This document shows positions 36,238 to 46,328 of a stretch of DNA of 64,000 nucleotides, in pieces. Positions within the stretch are counted from its first letter, which is position 1; the number at the start of each line of letters is the position of its first letter. The notes beneath the pieces were generated by a model. The model had not been told where the DNA came from and ran no database searches. It saw only the letters and a list, made by a program, of their open reading frames with translations. Source of the stretch: a virus (taxonomy: Duplodnaviria; Caudoviricetes); the IMG/VR virus record IMGVR_UViG_3300034095_001474, positions 32,001-96,000 of that record. One strand, 5' to 3'. The translations under genes were made by a program, and so were the position numbers.

Positions 36238-36936
36238 TTATTTTGATGATTTTGCGATATTATTTTCAATAATCAAGTATTCACCAGTAACACCCAACGT
36301 ATCAATCCCAATCATTCTATCAGTAATCGTTAGTTCTTTGAGTGTACTATGACCAACCACAAATGTATAGTCATCCAAACCATCTTGAAACAATGAAGGT
36401 AGTCTAACCCATAACGGAGATTGGGTGATATCATCACCACTTTGACTATAGTTATGACCCATCTGGAAATAGAAAGGCATTTTATTACTATAAAATAAAT
36501 CATTGATTGAATCTTGCAGCTTGTTTGGTAATCTGTTTACGTTATATGTAAGACACCATGTATTTGTAACACCAGCATGCGTAAATACATACTTATCGTG
36601 TACAAAACACATCTGCAAAGACTTATCAGATAGAGCATCTTCCAATATTTCGTTTATTTCTTTTACATTATGGTATTGGAAATTAGAATACGTCTCATTT
36701 ACACCATTCATATAGTGGAAATCATGATTACCTATAATAAGAACTACCTTATCTGGGTTACTACGTTTGAATTCTAGTATCTCTTTGAAGTTTGATACTT
36801 GGTCTTCTGGTGAAATACGTTCACGACTATCAAAATAGTCACCATTAAACACTATTTTATCAGCATCTGTTTCTTTTGATACAATATCTTTCCATATTGT
36901 ACGACCATGTGTATCACCTAGTGCTATTATTTTCAT
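36238..36936 (-). CDS. calcineurin-like metallophosphoesterase
   Basis: GDTHG, GDYFD, GNHD, THAG, GHS. Confidence 0.9.
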   Translation of the reverse strand: MKIIALGDTHGRTIWKDIVSKETDADKIVFNGDYFDSRERISPEDQVSNFKEILEFKRSNPDKVVLIIGNHDFHYMNGVNETYSNFQYHNVKEINEILEDALSDKSLQMCFVHDKYVFTHAGVTNTWCLTYNVNRLPNKLQDSINDLFYSNKMPFYFQMGHNYSQSGDDITQSPLWVRLPSLFQDGLDDYTFVVGHSTLKELTITDRMIGIDTLGVTGEYLIIENNIAKSSK

Positions 36937-36937
36937 A

Positions 36938-37135
36938 TTATTTAGTATAAGTCTTTGTTATATCCCTCTCATTAAACGTTTTTTCCAGTTCAATACAATC
37001 AGTTACTGGTTTCCATTCGTTTCTACGAAATATTTCCCATGTAATTGCATTGATTCTTCTATATACGTTATAGTTTTCCTTATCATTTATATAAATGATG
37101 CTGTAATTATGTTCTTCAACCTTCAATAATTTCAT
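36938..37135 (-). CDS. hypothetical protein
   Basis: ORF in operon. Confidence 0.6.
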   Translation of the reverse strand: MKLLKVEEHNYSIIYINDKENYNVYRRINAITWEIFRRNEWKPVTDCIELEKTFNERDITKTYTK

Positions 37136-38183
37136 TTTCTTTATTTAATATATTAAAAATCTCGTCATTACTATGTTTAGCTGTCAATGATTTAACAAAA
37201 AACACTCTATCTGTTGTCATATTCTCAGTCATTTCAGCCAATTCTATGTCACCATCTAGTATATCTAATCTATTTTCATAGTTAGGACCAGTTATTTCAG
37301 TAACAAACTTCATTCTTGATGGTCTATCTTTAATAGAAGCATCGATTTTATCAATATCATTGCATGTCATGAAGAAAACTACTTGGTTATACTCATTATA
37401 AACACCATCCAACACACTCAATAATGAATCAAACGTGAATTTAACCTCATTGTTCTTCATTATACACTCTCTTTTATTGAAATAGTTATCGAAATCCTCA
37501 AACAATACAATACATTTCTCTGGAATATCATTAAACATCACTAGTATGTCCAAGTTATTATACTCTGGGTTCAAGAATATAGAGTATATAGGTAGATTAT
37601 ACTTCAAAGAGAAGTATTTTACTAGCCTAGTCTTACCAGTACCTGGTTTTCCATATAGCAGTGCACTTGTTTTACCTTTGCCAGTACCCAATATGTTTAC
37701 TATATCTTCTTCTATATGCTCATATTGGTCCTTGTTTATATATACCTTGGGTTTTTCACTAGTAGAAAGTTGTCCTAGCTTATCAGAACCCCATGGTGCC
37801 AATGCCATTACGTTTACATATTCTTTGGCATTTACTATATTACCAATGAAAGACTTTATTCTTTCACGATGCCATCTGAAATAATACAACTCAGATATAG
37901 TTTCTTTTGATTGCCAACCAGCGGTAAGTAATCTTTCACTTCTAGTAAAATAAACTATAGTACCATTAAGCATAGCAAATGAAGAGTAAGTTGATGGATA
38001 CTTTTTATTCACACTTATTTCATTATTAATCTCAAACTTATACTTCGCATTAATTATAGCTGGAATCAAACTCTTGCTCAAGTTATCATCCAATCTCATA
38101 CTTTGCGATATAATATACTTTAGAAAAGCCCATATTGACACTAGCAATCCACCAATAATTCCAATTAAACTCCAAACTCCCAT
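37116..38183 (-). CDS. membrane-anchored AAA+ ATPase (BCS1-like)
   Basis: N-terminal TM; GKPGTGKT; LFEDFD; LLSVLDG; RPSR. Confidence 0.85.
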   Translation of the reverse strand: MGVWSLIGIIGGLLVSIWAFLKYIISQSMRLDDNLSKSLIPAIINAKYKFEINNEISVNKKYPSTYSSFAMLNGTIVYFTRSERLLTAGWQSKETISELYYFRWHRERIKSFIGNIVNAKEYVNVMALAPWGSDKLGQLSTSEKPKVYINKDQYEHIEEDIVNILGTGKGKTSALLYGKPGTGKTRLVKYFSLKYNLPIYSIFLNPEYNNLDILVMFNDIPEKCIVLFEDFDNYFNKRECIMKNNEVKFTFDSLLSVLDGVYNEYNQVVFFMTCNDIDKIDASIKDRPSRMKFVTEITGPNYENRLDILDGDIELAEMTENMTTDRVFFVKSLTAKHSNDEIFNILNKENEIIEG

Positions 38184-38207
38184 AATTATAAATTTTATGT
38201 ATTACTT

Positions 38208-38396
38208 TTATTTATCTTCTTTCTCTTTTAACTCTTTTATTTCTAAATGAGCTCCCAATGCACCAGCCGATAATCCAGCCGCTATCAACCAAACAAACCC
38301 TACATCACCATGACCATCACTATATGCAAAGTATGCGTTAAAAAAACAAGAAAGACTTCCTAAGAAATATACCCAAATTGAAATTTTATTTTTCAT
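38208..38396 (-). CDS. small membrane protein
   Basis: two TM. Confidence 0.6.
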   Translation of the reverse strand: MKNKISIWVYFLGSLSCFFNAYFAYSDGHGDVGFVWLIAAGLSAGALGAHLEIKELKEKEDK

Positions 38397-38397
38397 C

Positions 38398-38595
38398 TTA
38401 ATCAAATTTATATACATAAACGGTATCAACGGTCTTTCCGTCTGTTACCAACTTTATTTGTGGTTTTATGGGTTCGGATACTTCGAATGTATCATCGATA
38501 AATACATAATCAATAAGATTATACAATCCTACCATAAGCAATAAACCAAATGATACCAACCCCAAAATCAGTGCTGTTCCTATTCCTTCACCCAT
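38398..38595 (-). CDS. small membrane protein
   Basis: one TM. Confidence 0.65.
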   Translation of the reverse strand: MGEGIGTALILGLVSFGLLLMVGLYNLIDYVFIDDTFEVSEPIKPQIKLVTDGKTVDTVYVYKFD

Positions 38596-38825
38596 TATTC
38601 TTTAGTTACGTTTCTGAACATTAAATAATGCACCAATAATGCGATAAAACTACCAGCAGCTGCAAAAGCACCTAAAAATATAAATATTCCATCTCCTTCA
38701 ACAGAATCTTGGATTATACTTGGCAATGAAGTCCAAAATGCAATATTAATAACTCCACTGAATATAAACCCACCTAAGTAGATTAAATTCTCTTTTCTCT
38801 TATTTACTTTAAATCTATCTTCCAT
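38595..38825 (-). CDS. small membrane protein
   Basis: two TM. Confidence 0.65.
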   Translation of the reverse strand: MEDRFKVNKRKENLIYLGGFIFSGVINIAFWTSLPSIIQDSVEGDGIFIFLGAFAAAGSFIALLVHYLMFRNVTKE

Positions 38826-38830
38826 AATTA

Positions 38831-39184
38831 TTATTTTTTATTAAAATATTTATCAACTCTTACCATTACAAAACCGTATGTAATAGCCAACGCCAACGAA
38901 CCCAACAACCAGATTGGACTATTAGTGATTGCAGCAATTATTGATGGTACTACAATGATAGTCAATAATGCTGTAATAACAACAACATTGAAAGGTTTCT
39001 TTTCTGTTCTCTCTACCCACACAAGACGTTCCAACGCATCTTCCATATCTTTACCATACGCTGGCATTACGTTTGTTGTACCATCTAACTCTAGGATAGT
39101 GAATTGATATTTAAAATACCCAGGTGATGTCTTGCTCTCACCAATTAATTTTGCATCAATTGCTTTTCTTCTGTCTTTACTCAT
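38831..39184 (-). CDS. membrane protein
   Basis: PAYGKDM.DAL.R plus two TM. Confidence 0.7.
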   Translation of the reverse strand: MSKDRRKAIDAKLIGESKTSPGYFKYQFTILELDGTTNVMPAYGKDMEDALERLVWVERTEKKPFNVVVITALLTIIVVPSIIAAITNSPIWLLGSLALAITYGFVMVRVDKYFNKK

Positions 39185-39420
39185 CTTATTATTCTTTTAT
39201 AGTTTTTATTTTTACTTTTCCTTTTTCTATTCTTTGGACTCGCAGCTTTTCTAGTTTTAATCATGGCTTTCTTCATTCTAGCATCTTCTTTATGAACAAT
39301 CTTCATTCTAAGGTCTCTAGATTCATTATGTGTTCTACCTTGATTATAATTAGGACCCACTATGTGAGGGGTACATGTTGCTAATACTAAGAAACACATC
39401 ACTAAGATAAAATTACTCAT
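39181..39420 (-). CDS. putative lipoprotein, basic C-terminus
   Basis: ORF in operon. Confidence 0.6.
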   Translation of the reverse strand: MSNFILVMCFLVLATCTPHIVGPNYNQGRTHNESRDLRMKIVHKEDARMKKAMIKTRKAASPKNRKRKSKNKNYKRIIR

Positions 39421-39435
39421 ATTTTTATCTATTTT

Positions 39436-39678
39436 TTAACAACGCATAATACCATCTTTATCTGTATCCAAATATGAACTTGGGAAACTAGGTTTAGGTT
39501 TATGTATTTCATTTAATATTTGTTGATGTTTATCATCACCCATAGATGGGTCAATCTCATGTTTGAACACCAAAGCTAAATGACTCTTTATCATTTCTGT
39601 TTGTGCAATGGTAATTTCAATTGGGTCTGCTACTTCAAAGAAGCCTTGCAGCCAAAATGCAAAATCTCTACTTGTCAT
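39436..39678 (-). CDS. hypothetical protein (F.FWLQGFFE family)
   Basis: common phage motif. Confidence 0.75.
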   Translation of the reverse strand: MTSRDFAFWLQGFFEVADPIEITIAQTEMIKSHLALVFKHEIDPSMGDDKHQQILNEIHKPKPSFPSSYLDTDKDGIMRC

Positions 39679-39680
39679 AA

Positions 39681-39845
39681 TTATTGTTTTATATAGTTTT
39701 CATTTGAATCCAACACATACTCAATTAGAGTACCGCCATTTTTTAATATCAAAGTTGGTTTTTTTATGTATGGACCTAAAAATTGTTCACCTCTATCAAC
39801 GTAGTATAGTTTTTTAGGTAATTGATATTGATATTGTCCTCTCAT
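39681..39845 (-). CDS. small hypothetical protein
   Basis: hand-translated 54 aa filling the operon gap. Confidence 0.55.
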   Translation of the reverse strand: MRGQYQYQLPKKLYYVDRGEQFLGPYIKKPTLILKNGGTLIEYVLDSNENYIKQ

Positions 39846-40123
39846 TATTGTTTTTTACCGTAAATAAACTCTTCTATCATTTCAATGCTAGGTCTCATAC
39901 CTTCACTATACGTTGGATAGTCAAATACTTCACCTTCTGAATTGGTTAGCTTACTATAACCGTTTACAAAGTCAACAATTTCAGATTCAACCAAAACATC
40001 AATGGTTTTTTTAAATTCATCTACCATATAAAACTCGTCAACATTTTTATATGCTGTTAATATGTTACCTTCTGAGTTCAACAACACAAGAGTAGGTAAT
40101 TTTTTTAATTCTTTAATTTTCAT
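39845..40123 (-). CDS. hypothetical protein
   Basis: ORF in operon. Confidence 0.7.
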   Translation of the reverse strand: MKIKELKKLPTLVLLNSEGNILTAYKNVDEFYMVDEFKKTIDVLVESEIVDFVNGYSKLTNSEGEVFDYPTYSEGMRPSIEMIEEFIYGKKQ

Positions 40124-40127
40124 ATTT

Positions 40128-40388
40128 TTATTTTTTTAGTTCTAAAAATGTTATCACCACGATAGCCCCCAATAAATATCCTAATCCAGATATTAACGCC
40201 ATTTTAAATCTTTCATTCCAAGTTTTACTTTCAACCATATACCCAACAAAAGGTAAACCTAAAAATGGTCCAATAAAAGCAAAAAATAACATTCCAGAAT
40301 AATTTTTATCTGCTACTGATGTTATGTAAAAAGTGCTGGCTATTTCAATAATAAATGTTGATATACCGATAACAAAATATTTTTTCAT
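40128..40388 (-). CDS. small membrane protein
   Basis: three TM. Confidence 0.7.
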   Translation of the reverse strand: MKKYFVIGISTFIIEIASTFYITSVADKNYSGMLFFAFIGPFLGLPFVGYMVESKTWNERFKMALISGLGYLLGAIVVITFLELKK

Positions 40389-40400
40389 ATCACAAATGTA

Positions 40401-41087
40401 CTACTTTTTTGTTATATATCCAAGTTCTAACGAAGAAATATTTTCATATTCCATAGTAATTGGTTTATTTTGCATCTCATATCGTCTATTCAACACACTA
40501 GCATTCAAAAATAATTGACCATCAGCAAACTCATGACTACCATATGCCTCGTGGATATGTCCACATGAATGAATCTTTAAATCTGTGAACTCTGGTAGTT
40601 TGGCTCTCAAAAACTCACAACCAGTTCTATCACCTTCTACTGTCATATCCAAATAACCGAATATAGGACCATGTGTTATTAGAATATTTGTATCTAAAGG
40701 TATCTTATCCCAATGCTCATTGATAGTTTCACCTATTCGATTAAAAGCCCAATTATGGAAGTATGGTTGTACTGGACTACCCCATATCTTTATACCCTCT
40801 ATCTCTACCCCACTATCATTTAGGTATGTAATCTCTGGATACATTGCCATCTTAGCAGCAACTATGTGTTTTGATGAAGTCTCAAAGAAGAAATCATGAT
40901 TTCCAGCTATAAGAATTTTATGTGTATATGGTAATTTACTATACCAATTCAAGAAAGCATCGATTTCATACTCCATACCTCTAGATGAAACATCACCAGA
41001 GTGTATAATTACATCACCACCTTGTAAATAATCGGTAGGAATTAGATTATGCTTATTATGTGTGTCACTTAGAAATGTTAAATTCAT
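40401..41087 (-). CDS. metallophosphoesterase (MPPED/239FB-like)
   Basis: SDTH, HSGD, AGNHD, ITHGP, CGHIHE. Confidence 0.9.
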   Translation of the reverse strand: MNLTFLSDTHNKHNLIPTDYLQGGDVIIHSGDVSSRGMEYEIDAFLNWYSKLPYTHKILIAGNHDFFFETSSKHIVAAKMAMYPEITYLNDSGVEIEGIKIWGSPVQPYFHNWAFNRIGETINEHWDKIPLDTNILITHGPIFGYLDMTVEGDRTGCEFLRAKLPEFTDLKIHSCGHIHEAYGSHEFADGQLFLNASVLNRRYEMQNKPITMEYENISSLELGYITKK

Positions 41088-41943
41088 CTTTTTTTGGTTT
41101 TTCTAGTTCAAATAAGAACTGTCCGCAGCTGGAACCTATGTCGTTCCCTGGTGGTTTATAATATTCTACAATTTTTCCTTCACTTCTTAACCATTTCATA
41201 TATTTTTCCAATTCTTCTTCATCAGCTTTTACTGCATCCAATGATTCTTTCTCAGAAAACATCATAAATTTAATTGTAGTATGTCCATCAATCCATTCAT
41301 TTAAGGAATCTATATGATAATCACTATCATTTACGTCTTTCATAATGGTATAATGCACTTCAATTGGGTTTCCAGTCAATGAACGATACAATTTTAACAT
41401 GTTCATTGATGATTCTAAGTCCAAAGCAGACGGCATCCACTCTTTTCTTTGCTCATCATCAACAAAATGCATTGATAAATGTACTTTCACTGGTAAATTC
41501 ATAGACTTAACTCGTTCAATCAATGTGAAAAACGCAGCATAGTGCTTTTTAGGTAGCATAGTTGCTAACCCAAACCTAATATTAGGTTCTTTTAACATAA
41601 CCATACTATCAATAACGTTGTTTATGTTAGCCAAAGCTTCACCACAACCCATATATGATATAAGAATAGTTCTATAACCCAACCTTAAATCACATATGAT
41701 GTATTCTATACCCTCCACTATGTCCTTGTAGTCCATATCTTTTGTTGGTATCTTACCAATATGGTCAGTCAAGTGGCAGAAGGTGCACTTCATGTTGCAC
41801 ATAGTCTGGCATGGAACACATATGATATCTTTATCAGTACCATTGTCAATGTATGAGAACTCCACCATTTGTCCATCTACATCAAATATAAATTTAATAG
41901 TAGCATCCTCATTAGATGCTACCTTTTTATTAAATGTTATCAT
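41065..41943 (-). CDS. rlmN: RlmN/Cfr-family radical SAM RNA methyltransferase-like protein
   Basis: CNMKCTFC (CxxxCxxC), MGCGEAL (cf. MGMGEPL), HLSMH, DIGSSCGQF (cf. DIDAACGQL). Confidence 0.75.
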   Translation of the reverse strand: MITFNKKVASNEDATIKFIFDVDGQMVEFSYIDNGTDKDIICVPCQTMCNMKCTFCHLTDHIGKIPTKDMDYKDIVEGIEYIICDLRLGYRTILISYMGCGEALANINNVIDSMVMLKEPNIRFGLATMLPKKHYAAFFTLIERVKSMNLPVKVHLSMHFVDDEQRKEWMPSALDLESSMNMLKLYRSLTGNPIEVHYTIMKDVNDSDYHIDSLNEWIDGHTTIKFMMFSEKESLDAVKADEEELEKYMKWLRSEGKIVEYYKPPGNDIGSSCGQFLFELEKPKKDEFNISK

Positions 41944-41946
41944 TGT

Positions 41947-42501
41947 TTAAAAGTTTTTAAAAACCTCAAATGATTTACCACTAGTGTCACCACCATAGTT
42001 ATCCACTTCTTCTCCGTCATAGAAGACACCAGATACTGTATCAGTAAAAGAGTAGTCACAAGCCACAATATCTGTATCAATAGTTATTTTTAATTTAGTT
42101 AAATCAAATTCTTCAGCCTCAAAATCACCCATGAAGAAACTACCTTTTTCTTGTGCAAGACTAACAAATAAATCTAAATCTTGGTTGATTTGTTCGTATA
42201 TATCTATAGACTCAACTAATTCAAATTCTTCTGTATCGTGGTCATACAAACCTTTTTCAGTAACTTCAAAAACTACATTACCATCCTCATCTTCAATAGT
42301 AATAGTATAACTGTCAGTCGCTCCCCATCTATGGTATTGATTATCAATTTCATGATAACCGCCATAATCGTCTAAATCTTCATTGGCAATATCAACCAAT
42401 TCTTTTTCTTCGTTATTAAGAATTTCTTTTTGTTCATCGGTTACTGAACCAATTGTAATCTCATGTCCATATCCTTGTATGGAAACTGTGTATTTTTTCA
42501 T
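41947..42501 (-). CDS. hypothetical acidic protein
   Basis: 184-aa ORF. Confidence 0.75.
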   Translation of the reverse strand: MKKYTVSIQGYGHEITIGSVTDEQKEILNNEEKELVDIANEDLDDYGGYHEIDNQYHRWGATDSYTITIEDEDGNVVFEVTEKGLYDHDTEEFELVESIDIYEQINQDLDLFVSLAQEKGSFFMGDFEAEEFDLTKLKITIDTDIVACDYSFTDTVSGVFYDGEEVDNYGGDTSGKSFEVFKNF

Positions 42502-42578
42502 AATATATTTATTTTATACAAATGTACTAACAATATTTCTATTAAACAAATTTTAATCACCAAAAGTTAAAATATTAT

Positions 42579-42947
42579 TCATATTAACTTTTTGATTGTT
42601 ACTTTTATTTTACCTTGCTTATGATTAGCTATCTTTCCAAATGCTTTCTTACTTAAATCAATATGATTAGGTCCAGCCAAACATTTATCAGTTGCTTCAA
42701 CAGTATCAACCTTATTGTTCGATAAGTTAGCTACTATTAATAATGTACCTTTTTGGTTTTTATTTGCTATTTTTATACCTAAGTGTTGTATTAAGTTTTT
42801 ACTAATAGCCGCTGTTGAATGTTCTCTATGAACAATAGGGTGTGGTGTTGTATCATACCATGTTGCAGTACAATTGTGTGTTTTTTTTATTTCATCACTA
42901 ACAAAGCTAGAACAAGTAATTAAAATTACTAATAATTTTTTAATCAT
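42579..42947 (-). CDS. RlpA-like double-psi beta-barrel protein
   Basis: ATWY, TAA, V.NL.N.K, V..TDK, IDLSKKAF.KIA..QG.IKV. Confidence 0.75.
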   Translation of the reverse strand: MIKKLLVILITCSSFVSDEIKKTHNCTATWYDTTPHPIVHREHSTAAISKNLIQHLGIKIANKNQKGTLLIVANLSNNKVDTVEATDKCLAGPNHIDLSKKAFGKIANHKQGKIKVTIKKLI

Positions 42948-42956
42948 ATTTTTGAT

Positions 42957-43745
42957 TTATTGGTTCGTTAGTCTCCAGTTCGGTGTTGGATTTCTAATAA
43001 CCCTATCAGAAGCTTCCATTACTGCTTCTTCATACCATTTGTCGTACATGTTTAATATAAACTGGTGGTGAAACTCACTTTCAGTTATAAAGTTCTTCAA
43101 CAATGTTGCTTTACTTAATGGTCCATGACCAATCCATGTAACGACCCAATTTCTTGGACCTAACGTTATTACTAGTTGAGATAGCATATCTTTTATTTTA
43201 CCACCTATAACTGTTTCTGAATACCAGTTGTTTAAGTATTCTTTTGCAAATGTAATTAATTGTTGATGTTCCAAAATAAACTCATCTTGGAAATCATCAA
43301 CCAATCTTTTACTACCTAATTCAGCTTTAAATAATTTAATATGGTTATCTAATTTAGGTGTTATAATTTTATCTTTATAATAATCTAAAAAGAAAGATGT
43401 TATAAAATCTTCATGATATTGATTCTCGTATTTTTCCTTACAAGTTTTTAATACTTCCGTCAAATTCTTTTGACTACGTTCAGCATTATCTAAATTATCA
43501 AACACATCATATAAAACTTTTGTTAATATTCTTTTTTTAGAAGAGAACCAAATCTGTAATATAGTAGTGGATGAATTATCATTATCTATGTTGAAGTCAC
43601 CAAATATTTTTAGAAAGTGTAAATTAAAATCTCTAGGTGCAAACGTCTTCTCATCACTCTTATCAAAAAAGATAAAGGATTGTCTATCAGTCTTCACATC
43701 ATAGTTTTTATCTAAAAAATTTAGTATCAGTTTTTCATCTGTCAT
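42957..43745 (-). CDS. hypothetical protein
   Basis: 262-aa ORF; N-domain paralogous to 47224 and 47686 genes. Confidence 0.75.
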   Translation of the reverse strand: MTDEKLILNFLDKNYDVKTDRQSFIFFDKSDEKTFAPRDFNLHFLKIFGDFNIDNDNSSTTILQIWFSSKKRILTKVLYDVFDNLDNAERSQKNLTEVLKTCKEKYENQYHEDFITSFFLDYYKDKIITPKLDNHIKLFKAELGSKRLVDDFQDEFILEHQQLITFAKEYLNNWYSETVIGGKIKDMLSQLVITLGPRNWVVTWIGHGPLSKATLLKNFITESEFHHQFILNMYDKWYEEAVMEASDRVIRNPTPNWRLTNQ

Positions 43746-43790
43746 ATTGTTTTTTAATAAATATACAACTTATTTTATAAAAAATAAAGT

Positions 43791-45746
43791 TTACAAACTA
43801 ATTAAACTCAAATTTATGTTCTTTTTCTCTATATCAACTGACGAAATAACTACATGTACCACGTCACCTAAACGTATGATATTCCCAGTGTTATGACCTT
43901 TTACTCTGTAGTTTTCAGCATCAGCAACATATGTATCACCAATGATTTCACTCAACCTTACAAGACCATCACAACCATTATCTTCCATAGTAATAAACAA
44001 ACCGTAATCAGTTACACTAGTAACCATACCCTTGAATATTTTACCCACCTTATCAGACATATAGATACATTGCATGTATTTGATACTATCTCTCTCAGCT
44101 TTTTGTGCTTTCTTCTCTCTTTCAGACAAGTGACCACACTTAGCATCTAGTTTTGCTATGTTAGGCAAAGATTTAGATGTACCATCTAAGTACATACCTA
44201 ACAATCTATGTACGATTACATCTGGATAACGTCTGATTGGACTAGTAAAGTGAGCATAGTTCTTGAACCCTAACCCATAGTGACCAATATTTTTGGTCAT
44301 GTAGTTAGCTTTTTGCATTGTACGTACAACCAAGTTGCTAATCATATCCTCTTCAGCGGTACCTCTAACATCCATTAGTAGTTTATTCAACGTACTTGTT
44401 GTTTCTTCTGGTGTACTTATCTTGATATCATAACCAAATTGTATTATAAAGTCTTTAAGTTGTTCTAACTTTTCTTCGTTAGGTTTCTCGTGTGCTCTGT
44501 TTACCATTGGAAACTGACGACTATTAACATATTGTGCAACATGTTTGTTTGCTAGCAGCATGTATTCCTCAATAAGTTTGTTAGAATCTTTACCAACCTT
44601 GAATATAATATCAACTGGTTTGTTATTTTTATCCAATTTGAACTTGATTTCATGTTTGTCGAATGATAAAGAACCTTTTTGTAAACGTACCTTACGCATT
44701 TTCTTAGCAATCTTATCAAGTGTTTTGATTGGTTGATGAAAAGGATATGCATATGCAACCTCTTCATGTGTTGATGTTGCTAGATATGGTATACCTAACA
44801 CATTTCCATGTTCTATTATGTTCTGTGCTTCTTCATATGTAAATCTCATATCAGAATTGATAACAGTTCTACCGAACCACTCATCCAACACATGACCATT
44901 GTGGTCAATTTTAAACACCACTGAGAAGCAAAGTTTATCTTCGTTAGGTCTTAGTGAACAAAGTCCGTTAGATAAGTTCTCTGGAAGCATAGGTACACAT
45001 CTATCTACAAGATAAACACTAGTTCCTCTACCATAAGCTTCTCTATCCAATTCTGTTTCTGGACGCAAATAATGTGATACATCAGCAATGTGAACACCAA
45101 CAAACAACTCACCGTTTACCCATTCAACACTCAGAGCATCATCGAAGTCTTTTGCATCATGTGGGTCAATAGTAAATGTAAGCACATTACGCATATCTCT
45201 ACGTTTTTCTATTTCTTCTTGAGTTATTTCAGTTGAGATTGCATCAGCTTCTGCGATTACATCTTCTGGGAAATCATATGGTAATCCATATTCTTCAAGG
45301 ATACTATGTATCTCTGTTTCGTGTTCACCAGCATCACCTATGATTCTAACTATTTTACCGTTAGGGTTCTTTGCGTTATCTTTCCAATCAGCCAATTGTG
45401 CAACAACCTTTTGTCCATGAGTTGCACCATTTAATTTATTCAAAGGAATAAAGAAATCGATTGCTAATTTGTTTGAGTCTGGGATAAAGAATGCAAACTT
45501 CTCGCTAATCTCAATTGTACCAACAAATTCTGTTCTGAATCGTTCGATTATCTCAATAACTTTACCTTCGATTGACCTTCCTTGTCCAGCAATTACCTCA
45601 ATTCTAACTGTGTCTAAATGTAACGCTTTGTTCGTTTTAGACTTATGTAAATAAATATCTTTTGGTAAGTCTACGCTAACCAAATATGCTGAACCACTTG
45701 CGTTCATACTTATTTTACCTTCTAATATGTCTCCTATTTTAATCAT
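43791..45746 (-). CDS. rnr: ribonuclease R
   Basis: TIDPHDAKDFDDA, VHIADVSHY, RGTSVY, IEEYML.AN, HFTSPIRRYPD, C-terminal S1 domain. Confidence 0.95.
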   Translation of the reverse strand: MIKIGDILEGKISMNASGSAYLVSVDLPKDIYLHKSKTNKALHLDTVRIEVIAGQGRSIEGKVIEIIERFRTEFVGTIEISEKFAFFIPDSNKLAIDFFIPLNKLNGATHGQKVVAQLADWKDNAKNPNGKIVRIIGDAGEHETEIHSILEEYGLPYDFPEDVIAEADAISTEITQEEIEKRRDMRNVLTFTIDPHDAKDFDDALSVEWVNGELFVGVHIADVSHYLRPETELDREAYGRGTSVYLVDRCVPMLPENLSNGLCSLRPNEDKLCFSVVFKIDHNGHVLDEWFGRTVINSDMRFTYEEAQNIIEHGNVLGIPYLATSTHEEVAYAYPFHQPIKTLDKIAKKMRKVRLQKGSLSFDKHEIKFKLDKNNKPVDIIFKVGKDSNKLIEEYMLLANKHVAQYVNSRQFPMVNRAHEKPNEEKLEQLKDFIIQFGYDIKISTPEETTSTLNKLLMDVRGTAEEDMISNLVVRTMQKANYMTKNIGHYGLGFKNYAHFTSPIRRYPDVIVHRLLGMYLDGTSKSLPNIAKLDAKCGHLSEREKKAQKAERDSIKYMQCIYMSDKVGKIFKGMVTSVTDYGLFITMEDNGCDGLVRLSEIIGDTYVADAENYRVKGHNTGNIIRLGDVVHVVISSVDIEKKNINLSLISL

Positions 45747-45747
45747 T

Positions 45748-46263
45748 TTAATATTTTTTAATTATGAATTGTTCAAACAATTCTTTGTATTTTTTTTCAC
45801 TGTTTTGTATTCTACCAAAAAACCCTCTGGCTGTTTGTCTATACTTTATTTTGTTATATTCTAAATGTAATTGTTGAGTCATCACACTAGGATAAATATC
45901 TTTGTTTAATTTTTGATAAATATAACAACCATATCTATCAGCAATTTGTTCTTCATGAAGAACATGTTCAAAAAATTCATCAAAACTATCCAAAGATAGG
46001 TTTCTTAATATTTCTTGTTTGCCAAGTTTCTTCATTCTTTTGATATGGGCTGTTTCATGTAGTATAATAAAAAACATTAGTTGTGGGTTCAATACCCTAC
46101 TAAAATCTAAATACACACCTTCAAAAGTTGCCATCGCTAATGGACCCATTAAATCTGCTCTATAAAAAGGTACATTAATTTCTTCCATATAAGAAATTAA
46201 TGATTCCACATTATATCCAGATAAATTTTCTCTAATTTTTTCTTTTAATTCTTCATTTAACAT
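45748..46263 (-). CDS. HExxH metallopeptidase (IrrE/ImmA-like)
   Basis: FFIILHETAH..EQIADRY. Confidence 0.65.
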   Translation of the reverse strand: MLNEELKEKIRENLSGYNVESLISYMEEINVPFYRADLMGPLAMATFEGVYLDFSRVLNPQLMFFIILHETAHIKRMKKLGKQEILRNLSLDSFDEFFEHVLHEEQIADRYGCYIYQKLNKDIYPSVMTQQLHLEYNKIKYRQTARGFFGRIQNSEKKYKELFEQFIIKKY

Positions 46264-46298
46264 TAAATGAAGATAAAGAAATAATCAGCTAAGTAAAC

Positions 46299-46324
46299 AA
46301 AAACCCACTAATATTAGTGGGTTT
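46299..46324. terminator. palindromic terminator
   Basis: AAACCCACTAAT/ATTAGTGGGTTT. Confidence 0.65.
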
Positions 46325-46328
46325 ATTA

